A stretch of DNA of 53,846 bases from IMG/VR virus record IMGVR_UViG_3300000558_000007, one strand, 5' to 3'. Position 1 is the first letter of the stretch; the number at the start of each line of letters is the position of its first letter. The notes under the pieces are model-generated. The model searched no databases and was not told the origin of the DNA. It saw only the letters and a list, made by a program, of their open reading frames with translations. This stretch comes from a virus. The translations under genes and the position numbers were made by a program. Positions 16,965 through 25,900 of this stretch are shown here, in pieces.

Positions 16965-17270
16965 ATGTCATCAGGTGTGCAAGCTCAAATTAGCTTGGTC
17001 GCAAACACAGAAACAACGGTTTATACAGTACCTGTCGGATATGTTGGAATATATAAAATTACAGCACGAAATATGTCTGATAATACTAAAGCTATTATCC
17101 ATGTATGGTATACAAAAACAACGACATCAGATACAAAAAAGGAATGGGAAGAAGAGTTTGAACAATCTTTTTCTGTCTCGGGCGAAGTGTTGGATAGTGG
17201 ACAAAAGATTATTGTTAAAACATCAAATGCTTCTGTGGTAACCGTCAAAGGTATAGAGGAGGCAGTGTAA
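16965..17270 (+). CDS. Hypothetical protein (101 aa)
   Basis: RBS aggag. Looks beta-rich. Confidence 0.45.
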   Translation: MSSGVQAQISLVANTETTVYTVPVGYVGIYKITARNMSDNTKAIIHVWYTKTTTSDTKKEWEEEFEQSFSVSGEVLDSGQKIIVKTSNASVVTVKGIEEAV

Positions 17271-17275
17271 TTATT

Positions 17276-18346
17276 ATGGGTGGTATTCAAAAGACAAAAT
17301 TCAACGCATCCGATTATCCAGCAGTTTTCAAAAGCATTGCTTTTGGACATCCTTGGAATTTTAGAAAGCTTTTCTTCACCCCTGGAACAACAAGTTTCAC
17401 AATCCCAGATAATATTTTTAAAATGCGAGCTATGGTGTTTGGCGCTGGTGGGTCTGGAGCTATGGGTGTCAGTGTCGGAGGTGGTGGTGGTGGCGGATAT
17501 ACAGAGCATTATTGGGATTGTGTACCAGGCACTGTACTTTCATTGGTTATAGGTGCCGGAGGAGCTCCAGTATTAACGCACAATGTGGAAGGCAATAATG
17601 GTGGGACATCATCATTAACCGACGCTGTTTCATCTGTGAGCTTATCATCAACAGGAGGAAAAGGTGGGCCACGCAATACTACACCGTTAGCAGCGCCAGG
17701 AGGTGTCGGAACTGGAGGTATCCTTACGGCAAATGGTGGTGCTGGTGGAGCATATTATTCAACAGCCGGGAGTCCTGGTGGAGGAGCTGCTGGTAGTTGG
17801 CTTGGAGTTGGTGGTGCTGGTGGTATGATGGTGCCTACAACATCACTAAATGGCGCCTGTGGTGGTGGAGCTATTGGAGGACATCGTGGTGGCAGTTATA
17901 AATCACCAGCAGTTGCAGATTGTCTGCACTCAGGTGCAGGTGTTTTTGGACCAGGTTGTGACTCAACTGCAAAAGATATAGGCGTTTCCGGGGGGCCTGG
18001 TGTTTATCCAGGTGGACGAGGATCTTTTCAAACAACAACCACATCACAGGATGCATCATCAGGGATAGGCCCAGATTGGTGGGATGCATGGGATATTTTG
18101 GGATCTGGTGGAGGAAGCGGTTCGTTTAGTCTTCAAGTAGCCGGTCATGGGGGGCCTGGCGCAGGAGGCGGAGGCGGTGGAGTAGGGGGCAATGGAGGAA
18201 TATTGGGTGGTGGAGGAGGAGCGTATAATGGTTCAGCGGGTTCTGGCGGCCTTGGTGGTGGTGGTGGCGCAGCTCTGTCTGGTGTTTCAACGATACTTGG
18301 GACATCCGGAGCAGGTGGGAACGGATTGATAATTTTATATTGGTAA
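17276..18346 (+). CDS. Glycine-rich fibre-like protein
   Basis: 356 aa. FTPGTTSFTIPDNI...VFGAGGSGA...GGGGGGYTE, then many GGxGG runs, ending GAGGNGLIILYW. Confidence 0.6.
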   Translation: MGGIQKTKFNASDYPAVFKSIAFGHPWNFRKLFFTPGTTSFTIPDNIFKMRAMVFGAGGSGAMGVSVGGGGGGGYTEHYWDCVPGTVLSLVIGAGGAPVLTHNVEGNNGGTSSLTDAVSSVSLSSTGGKGGPRNTTPLAAPGGVGTGGILTANGGAGGAYYSTAGSPGGGAAGSWLGVGGAGGMMVPTTSLNGACGGGAIGGHRGGSYKSPAVADCLHSGAGVFGPGCDSTAKDIGVSGGPGVYPGGRGSFQTTTTSQDASSGIGPDWWDAWDILGSGGGSGSFSLQVAGHGGPGAGGGGGGVGGNGGILGGGGGAYNGSAGSGGLGGGGGAALSGVSTILGTSGAGGNGLIILYW

Positions 18347-18359
18347 AAGGTGGGGAATA

Positions 18360-18815
18360 ATGAAATTCGCACGAATGGAAAATGGTAAAGTGTTTGAGAC
18401 TATTAATTTTTCCCCAGAAGGAAAATTCCACCCTTCTTTGATATGGGAAGCTGTACCAGATGATGTTGAGCAGAATTATATTAAAGTGTCCGATAAAGAA
18501 TTCAAAGCGCCCGAGAAACCCATTGACGTTCCCATAGAATCAGAACCAAAAGTCCAGTGTACAAAACGGCCCGTGTTGTCTATCATTGAATTTAAAATGT
18601 GTTTCACGTCTGCCGAGCGCGTGGCGATATATGCATTGAAAGACTCAGGTGATGCCTTCACAACTGATTGGCTGTCGATCCTTGATGATCCAAGGAGCAA
18701 AAATGTTGATTTGAGTCTTGTTGGGGTTCAGGATGCGGTGAATTATTTTATTGGGAAGATAAAAGGGTTTGATGATGTCAGGGCAGAAGAGGTGCTTTCA
18801 GGTCATTTGATATAA
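18360..18815 (+). CDS. Hypothetical protein (151 aa)
   Basis: ORF with an RBS, within the structural arm. Confidence 0.45.
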   Translation: MKFARMENGKVFETINFSPEGKFHPSLIWEAVPDDVEQNYIKVSDKEFKAPEKPIDVPIESEPKVQCTKRPVLSIIEFKMCFTSAERVAIYALKDSGDAFTTDWLSILDDPRSKNVDLSLVGVQDAVNYFIGKIKGFDDVRAEEVLSGHLI

Positions 18816-18844
18816 GGATTTCAAGGATTTCAAGGATTTAAAAT

Positions 18845-19993
18845 ATGGCCAATTACGATGGAAAATATAAAAACACGATTAACTCCCAATTCAATACATT
18901 ATTTGGACGGGATGCTGCGGATGAGGGCCTTAATTATTGGGGCGAGGCGTTATCGAATCCAAATTCTGGTGTTAATACCCAAAATCTTAAACAATCTTTA
19001 TTAAAAGGCGCGTCAGACAAGGATTTCGATTACTATACGGCCAATGCCGCCACACCAAAGACAAATACGCCGACAACAATATATACTGAGAATACCAACG
19101 ATGACTCCAAAACAGGCACAATCAATCCTGTTGATTGGTCAACGTCGGATCTCACCAATCCTTTCTCGAAATCGACCACAAAGATATCTGACCCTTCAGT
19201 TTCCATGGCATCTGTGCAATCGTCAAAGCCGGATGAAGCTGACACCGTTCAGAGTAGAATGTCTGGACTGCTGGCTTCTGGCAGTCCTTATATTCAAGCT
19301 GCGCGAGCTGCCGGAGAACGTACGGCGCATAGTCGAGGGCTCTTGAACTCCTCTTTAGCTGCGGGTAGTGCTGAGAAAGCGGCAATCGAAGCTGCATTGC
19401 CAATTGCGCAACAAGATTCTCAGTCAATGGTTAATGCTTGGATGTCTGAACAGGAACAAGATAATGCTTCAGACTTGTCGTACCAACAATACATGCAGGA
19501 TAGCAATAAGGCATTGTTGGAAGGAAATGTTCAATCAACGCTCAGCGATCAGGAGCATAATCAATCCATGGCGCTTGATTGGCAACAGCAAGCTGGTGTC
19601 AATTATCGTTTATCGGTTGAAGCATCATTAAAAGAAAAATTACAAACGATGGATTTATCATCAAGTGAAAAAGCGTCATTTGCTGATAATCTCACAAGGT
19701 TTGGTGAAAAATTTCAAAATGATGTTACCGGAATTAACGCTGATAACAATATGAGCGAGGAAGAAAAGACGGCGGCTATTTTAACCGCACAAGATGTTTA
19801 TACGTCAAATGTTAATATTATCAGTGGTTTATATGGTGTTCAGTTGACATGGGATGCTTTATTAACTGAAAAAGATATGACACAAGTAGATGAAAATGAT
19901 AAATCTAAAACGTTGACGACATCGGGTGGGTCTGCGTTTGATCCAACAACAATGAAGCCCAGGGGAGAAAAGGGTGACTATGGTGGAAGATAA
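18845..19993 (+). CDS. Hypothetical structural protein with a DUF4214-like N-terminus
   Basis: 382 aa. FNTLFGRDAADEGLNYWGEAL...SLLKGASDKDF resembles the DUF4214 motif. The rest is Q/S/N-rich. Confidence 0.45.
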   Translation: MANYDGKYKNTINSQFNTLFGRDAADEGLNYWGEALSNPNSGVNTQNLKQSLLKGASDKDFDYYTANAATPKTNTPTTIYTENTNDDSKTGTINPVDWSTSDLTNPFSKSTTKISDPSVSMASVQSSKPDEADTVQSRMSGLLASGSPYIQAARAAGERTAHSRGLLNSSLAAGSAEKAAIEAALPIAQQDSQSMVNAWMSEQEQDNASDLSYQQYMQDSNKALLEGNVQSTLSDQEHNQSMALDWQQQAGVNYRLSVEASLKEKLQTMDLSSSEKASFADNLTRFGEKFQNDVTGINADNNMSEEEKTAAILTAQDVYTSNVNIISGLYGVQLTWDALLTEKDMTQVDENDKSKTLTTSGGSAFDPTTMKPRGEKGDYGGR

Positions 19994-20091
19994 GGAAAAA
20001 AATTAGAAAAAAGAATTTACCATAAATATAAATGAGGAACGACCTCTTTTGGTATGATGTGGAAGATTTGTAAATTTGAAAGGTTTTTTCG

Positions 20092-20550
20092 ATGGATGTC
20101 TATCGAACAATTGATGTCGATGCAATATCAAATATTTTAAATCATCCGAAAGTTTTTAATTTCATAACGGATGACAGGTCACCGGATTTTTTCACTCCAA
20201 TTGTTAACCCACAAATTATTTATTTGATAGATGATAAAAAACAAGGTGTTGTCAGGATAGACCCGATGAATGGAATTATGTGCAGTGTGCATATTGCCAC
20301 TCTACCTGATATGTGGGGCAACGCTGTGAACTTTGTCAAAGAATGTTTGGCATGGGGTTGGCAAAACACCACATACATGAAAGTCATAGCAATAATCCCG
20401 GAATTTAATAAACATACAATTTCGTTGGCAACGCGATCAGGCTTTGAGCGTGAAGGCGTTTTGAGAAAATCATTTTTGAAAAATTGGAAATTGCATGACC
20501 AGGTTGTTTTTGGTTTGTGCAAGAAAGGAGAAATAACATGCCAATGGTAG
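20092..20550 (+). CDS. GNAT-family N-acetyltransferase
   Basis: 152 aa. C-terminal NKHTISLATRSGFEREGVLRKSFLKNWKLHDQVVFGL fits the RimJ/RimL-like GNAT pattern. Confidence 0.6.
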   Translation: MDVYRTIDVDAISNILNHPKVFNFITDDRSPDFFTPIVNPQIIYLIDDKKQGVVRIDPMNGIMCSVHIATLPDMWGNAVNFVKECLAWGWQNTTYMKVIAIIPEFNKHTISLATRSGFEREGVLRKSFLKNWKLHDQVVFGLCKKGEITCQW

Positions 20551-21371
20551 CGGGGGCAGCGGCTGTTGTAGGAGGATGGGCGTCAGCAGGAGCAACAGCA
20601 ATTGGGTTGGCAACAGCAGCAACAGCAATTGGCGCGGTCGTTGAAAGCGTTGTGGTTGGCGCTATATATGGTGCTGTCATTGGGGCGGCGACATCTGCCG
20701 TTACTGGTGGTAATATTTTATCCGGAGCGTTAAAGGGGGCTGCCGTGGGAGGCGTTACGGCGGGGGTTGCAACCGGTCTCAGTCAGGCATTTTCAACTGC
20801 AGCACAGACGACGACTGCTAACGCAAGTGCAAGTCAAAGCCTGAATGCTGCCCCATCACCCGCAAGTCCAAACATAACACCCATGAGCAATAACGTATCA
20901 CCTGCCATAGGAAAAGGTTTGTCACAGAATGTCAGCGGCGTTACAGCTTTGGAAAACAGCGCCGGAACTCAACTGATACAGGGGGGCTCGTCTGGTGTTA
21001 ATGCTGCTTCAAATGCCGTGCAGACCGCAGGGAAACAAAGCACATCTGGCGGTTTGTTATCTTCTGCAACGAAAACCCTGGCCAACAAAGAAGTAATAGG
21101 TAGTGGTGTCGAAGGTGCTTTTAAAGGTATAGGGCAAGTTGCTGCCGCAAAAATGGAATCTGACAGCGCTGAAGAACAGGCAGAAAAAGAAGCTGCTATA
21201 AAGGCAGAGGAAAAGGCCAATAATAAAACAGGGACCTTCACCAGCCGAAGCGTAGATATTAAAGTGCCGGATTGGTGGAATAAATATTTAAATCCAAGCG
21301 TTCAAGTTTCTGCCAATAAAGAGGATACAAGTCCAGGCAAGGGCCTTTTAAATACAGGGGTGACAGCATGA
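20538..21371 (+). CDS. Gly/Ala-rich membrane protein (putative internal/ejection protein)
   Basis: ATG preceded by aaggag. The N-terminal ~90 aa are glycine-zipper-like (AGAAAVVGGWASAGATAIGLATAATAIGAVV...). Confidence 0.5.
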   Translation: MPMVAGAAAVVGGWASAGATAIGLATAATAIGAVVESVVVGAIYGAVIGAATSAVTGGNILSGALKGAAVGGVTAGVATGLSQAFSTAAQTTTANASASQSLNAAPSPASPNITPMSNNVSPAIGKGLSQNVSGVTALENSAGTQLIQGGSSGVNAASNAVQTAGKQSTSGGLLSSATKTLANKEVIGSGVEGAFKGIGQVAAAKMESDSAEEQAEKEAAIKAEEKANNKTGTFTSRSVDIKVPDWWNKYLNPSVQVSANKEDTSPGKGLLNTGVTA

Positions 21372-21940
21372 ACTTAGAAGATGAAATTCGAAGGCAGACT
21401 CCAGTGGAGACGGGTGGAGATACTGTTTCAAATAATGAACAGCAACCACAAAATCAAAATAACCAAGGGGATCAGCAACAGCCACAAACGAATTCTCAAG
21501 TTGATTTAAAAACTCAAGAGCAAATGGATATCTTCATCTCAAATGGCATGATGATGATTCATAACTCCAAGGTATCTGATTCAATTCTATCCAAAATCCT
21601 CAAGGAGCAAGATAAGATAAAAGCCATAGCTGAGGCTATGGTGTTAATCATTAATCACCTTGTTGATTCTGCGGCTCAAAATGGACAAGCATTGACCAAT
21701 GAGGTGTTGGTGTTTGGCTCTAATTTTTTGTTGGGGGAATTAATATCCCTGGCTGAAGCCGCAGGTATGCAAAAGCTCAGTGACGAACAAAAAACAGAAG
21801 TATTGCAACGTGGGGTCGGAATGTTTATTGACGATGCTGTAAAACAGGGCCGGATCACTAAAGATCAATTGGCTGCATTAGGTGAACAAGTGAAGCAGAC
21901 ACCTGAAGGTCAAAAAATTATGCAACACGGAGGTATGTAA
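21368..21940 (+). CDS. Hypothetical protein (190 aa; putative internal virion protein)
   Basis: ATGA overlap. Q/N-rich N-terminus. Confidence 0.45.
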   Translation: MNLEDEIRRQTPVETGGDTVSNNEQQPQNQNNQGDQQQPQTNSQVDLKTQEQMDIFISNGMMMIHNSKVSDSILSKILKEQDKIKAIAEAMVLIINHLVDSAAQNGQALTNEVLVFGSNFLLGELISLAEAAGMQKLSDEQKTEVLQRGVGMFIDDAVKQGRITKDQLAALGEQVKQTPEGQKIMQHGGM

Positions 21941-21943
21941 GCA

Positions 21944-22939
21944 ATGGTTTCTTGGGGTTCAGGTCTTTTGGCTGTTGTCGGCGGGGCGGGGGAAGGAGCT
22001 GGGAATACGATTAAAGAACAGGCCAAAGATGAAAGAATAGCCAGCATTGAAGAAAAAAAGGCTGAGGCCTTACTACTCCGCCAGAAAAACTTGGCAAGAT
22101 ATCAATCAGATTTACAAGCATCCCGAGATGAATCACACATGGCACATGATTCCAAAGAATCATCGCTGGACAGAGACTTTAAATCTAAAGAATCTTTGCT
22201 TAACCGGAATTTTGATTCCGAAGAGGCTGGGTTTGATCGATCTTTCAAATCGAATGAGGGTGCATTAAATAGGGGCTTTGATGCTGAACAAACAAGGTTG
22301 CAAGCTGACTTGGGCTTGAGGAATGCAAAAGCAATGGCAGCATATAGCGCATCTTTTAAAACAACGTCACCTACAGAAATCGAACAGAAGTATAATTTTC
22401 TGGCACAAACTTTTGGTGAAGAGAAGGCCAAAGAACTTGTCATGTCATCAATGGATCGAGGTACAAATGGGGAAAATGCGCTTGACAATAGAAAGTTATG
22501 GAATAAGGCGTATAACGATCAATTGGATATTTCTACAAGTACCGTAAATGATAATCGACCATACAAAGAAAAAGTCGAAGAGGCCAAGGCCATTGCAGAT
22601 ATGGTTTCAGGTGTGAAATTAAGCAATAGCACAGAAGGCGGGAAAGGGTCTGAGAATCCGTTTGATAAATATCACAACGATTACAACGCTGCACGAAAAA
22701 ATACAGATACTGACCAAGAGCCAAAACACGCAGGGACAAATGTATTTAAAGCGCTTAAAAGTTCCGGAGGGCAATATAATCCAAGTGATGGCACCATAAC
22801 ATTCATTCCCAAAGACGAGGACGATCTCAAAAGAATCTTTTTAGATATCAGTGGTCAAGGTATCAAATTTGATGCTCACCAAGATTCAACCGGCAAGTTT
22901 GTACTTGAAATCAAAAACAATGCAAAGATGGAAAAATAA
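21944..22939 (+). CDS. Hypothetical protein with four 11-aa repeats (putative internal virion protein)
   Basis: 331 aa. SSLDRDFKSKE / SLLNRNFDSEE / AGFDRSFKSNE / GALNRGFDAEQ at nt ~22151-22290. The stop overlaps the giant ORF's start (TAATG). Confidence 0.45.
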   Translation: MVSWGSGLLAVVGGAGEGAGNTIKEQAKDERIASIEEKKAEALLLRQKNLARYQSDLQASRDESHMAHDSKESSLDRDFKSKESLLNRNFDSEEAGFDRSFKSNEGALNRGFDAEQTRLQADLGLRNAKAMAAYSASFKTTSPTEIEQKYNFLAQTFGEEKAKELVMSSMDRGTNGENALDNRKLWNKAYNDQLDISTSTVNDNRPYKEKVEEAKAIADMVSGVKLSNSTEGGKGSENPFDKYHNDYNAARKNTDTDQEPKHAGTNVFKALKSSGGQYNPSDGTITFIPKDEDDLKRIFLDISGQGIKFDAHQDSTGKFVLEIKNNAKMEK

Positions 22940-25900
22940 TGACTTTTTCTTTTATGGATGACCCAAGATGGATAGAATTGGATGCACAATCTAAGCAAGG
23001 TATGATTAATGCTGCGTTTGCAGATCAGGTAGTATCAGATCCACGGTGGGATTCCCTTGAAGATAACGAGAAACAGTATATGCATAATAGTTATTTGCAG
23101 GATGCAAAGACATATGACATGGAAGTTTCTCCACATGCAGAGGGGTTTGTTGGTGCTGTAAAAAGTGGCGTTAAACAAACGGCAAATAGTCTTAGGACTG
23201 CATTTAATGTTGTGACAAATGATGAAGCAGAAGTCGAAAAATTAACTCAAGACGCTTCAAAAATCCTTAAAACACCACAGCAGCAGTTATTTGAGGAAGC
23301 ATTACAGAGCAGAAAAACAGACGATAACGTTAATGCCACTGGCTGGGATAGTTTTAAACAGGGTGTCAGTAATGTCGCCGGGGCAGCTTGGGAAAAACCG
23401 CTTGGCGCATTGCATGAAGCAGCTGGGCAGGTGCCGAATGCCGGAGTTATCGTGGGTGGTGCATTAGCTGGTAGTGCCTTGGCTGGCGGTGCATTAGCCG
23501 GTGGTATGGTTGCTGGCATTGCTGGTGGTATCGTTGGAACTCTGTTTGGAAATACTGCCCTTGAAACTGGTGGCATTGCTCAAGATCAAACCAATGCGGG
23601 CAATTATGATCGAGCTGACGTATTAAAGAAAGGTGCTATAAAGGGTGCGGCTCTCACTGCATTTGATGTTGCATCAATAGGTTTATCAAAAGCCATTTTC
23701 ACTCCTGCGTTTAAAGCTGTAAATAAAGCATCTCAAACGGCAATGCAGGAGGTCTTGAAGGCCAGCAAGATTAATCCGTTTGATGACGCTGCCGTAAGAG
23801 TTGCGCTGGCTCAGGACCAGGCTTTGAAAACTGCGGTGATGAATGCCGGGGCAAAGGCAGCTGCAGAAGCTGCACCGAAAGGGATAAAAGGGGCTGGTTT
23901 GTTTGGGACTGGTATGGCCATAGACACTACCATGGAGGGGTTTGGGGAATATTATTCCTCTAAGCTCGCGGGTCTCGATGCCAATGCAACGGATGCAATC
24001 CTTGAGGCTGCCATGTCAATCCCGCATGGAGTTGCAGAAGTGTCAATAGGCAAAACCTTGGCAAAAGCTAAAGAAATATTACCGCAATCAGTCGGCGGAG
24101 ACGTATCAAATATAGGGGCTGCTCAAACAACTGATGAAGCTGTGCAAGCATTTGAGTCGTCCATATCTGCCGATCTTGATACAGTCATGGCAAAGCATGT
24201 TGACCCGGGCGGAATTTTATCCAGGGAACAAAAGGTAAGCCAGATCCGACAAGAATCTGACCAGTTCGGACAATTTCAGGAAGCGTTCCGGGACCAGAAA
24301 GTCAATCAGTTTGAGCAGAATTTAAAGCAGGCACAGGATGATATCCAGGAGTATCCAGACCTGCCACCTATTCAGCCGGACGTGGAATCGCTACGGAAAG
24401 AATGGGAAGAGAGGAGAGCCAGTGCTCAAACAAATGCGCCGGCCACGTCAAGAAGTCAGCTTATTGCAGATGAATCCAACACTTTTGATGATTTTCTTTA
24501 TAATATCCAGTCTGAGAGTTTTGAAGATGGATTGAGAAAAGCCCAGGCTGATATCAAACAGCCACAGCAGCAGTCGCCTATTCAACCTGATGTTGATGCT
24601 TTACGGCTGGAATACGAATCTCGTCAGGCAGATGTAAGAGCGCGACAAATGTCCGCCCCCGGGAGTGCCCCCGGGAGGGAATATGAATTGCAGCAGGCAA
24701 CAAATGCCACTGACGTTTCTACAATGTCTCAAAGCGAAATAAACTCAGAAATAAAAAGACTTGGTAACGTTCTTGAAGATTATAACTCCGGGGTGATAAA
24801 AAACATTGATGAAAGGATTATTGAGAGATACCAATCTTTGGTTGATGAAGAGAGTGGCCGTCGCACAGGCGAAAAATCAGAAGATTTTAAAAAAGATAGT
24901 TGGTTTGAATCGAAAGTCAAAGCGGATAAATACCTGGCAAGCCTTGGATATAAAAACGAAGGAGACTCTTATCTTTCTTCTGGTAAACCACATGCCAATA
25001 TCGAAAAGGGCGGGATGCATCAAGGTGGATTTACTGTAAAGTTTTCTGATTATCCTGGGGATGTAGAAGACGACATAAAAAAAGCAGCAAGGATTCTTGA
25101 TAAAACAGAGAATGAGGTTAAAAGGCAGTATGCAACGGTCCTTGATAAGTATGGAGTGGATGAAGCGAACAGGTTGTTGAGAATCAATATAGAAAGAGAA
25201 ATCAACAACGGGCAAGCGCAAGATATCACCCTATCCCTGAAAGATGAAAAACAGCGTTCCTTTGTCGATCAAAGAATTAGTAAGCTGGGCTCAATTGAGG
25301 CTGTCGATAAGGCGTATAATCGTGATGACCAGGTGAGTCGATATGCACGAGCAAAGGCCAGGGAGTTTTATGGTGGTGAAGTTTTAAAGACTGAAATTAC
25401 AAAAGAACCTTGGGAAATGACACGCGATGAATATGTTGAAAATAACTTTAACGTAGATCGTGAAAGCACATACATTGATGAAATTAAAGCTGTTTCTCGT
25501 GGACATAAACCTTCTCATTATGGAGCTATCAGAAACGATAACGCAATATCAGCCGCAAAAAAAGACAGCAGTTTAAAGGTCTATGAGGACGTCACGAAAA
25601 GTGGCGACTATATTGTGGTTAAAGATACAGAATCAGGCCGTAAAACAGCAAACGAACTCATATCTTTATCACAAAAAAGAGCAGATATATTCTCAAGCAA
25701 GGATATTGAATTAATAGACGAATGGAATCAAAAGTTTAGTGAATTGATGGGTTATGATCAAGCCCTTATCAACTCAATACGGGACGTTTCAGGTAGAGGT
25801 AATTTAAAGCTTGAAGCAGCAAGAGTGCATAAATACAAAATTCAAGAAGCATTAAAAGCAGGTAGGAACATACCAAAATCAGTATTAAAAGATTACCCCG

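Noticed and set aside
18145-18372. Pro-rich 75-aa minus-strand ORF (and 17021-17509, 17871-18089, 18126-18431) opposite the glycine-rich gene
   Set aside because: It is the mirror image of GGN codons (CCN on the other strand). It has no RBS and lies entirely inside a well-supported plus-strand gene.
23247-23576. 109-aa Pro/Ala-rich minus-strand ORF
   Set aside because: It is antisense to the glycine-zipper segment of the giant ORF, and arises from the same compositional artefact.
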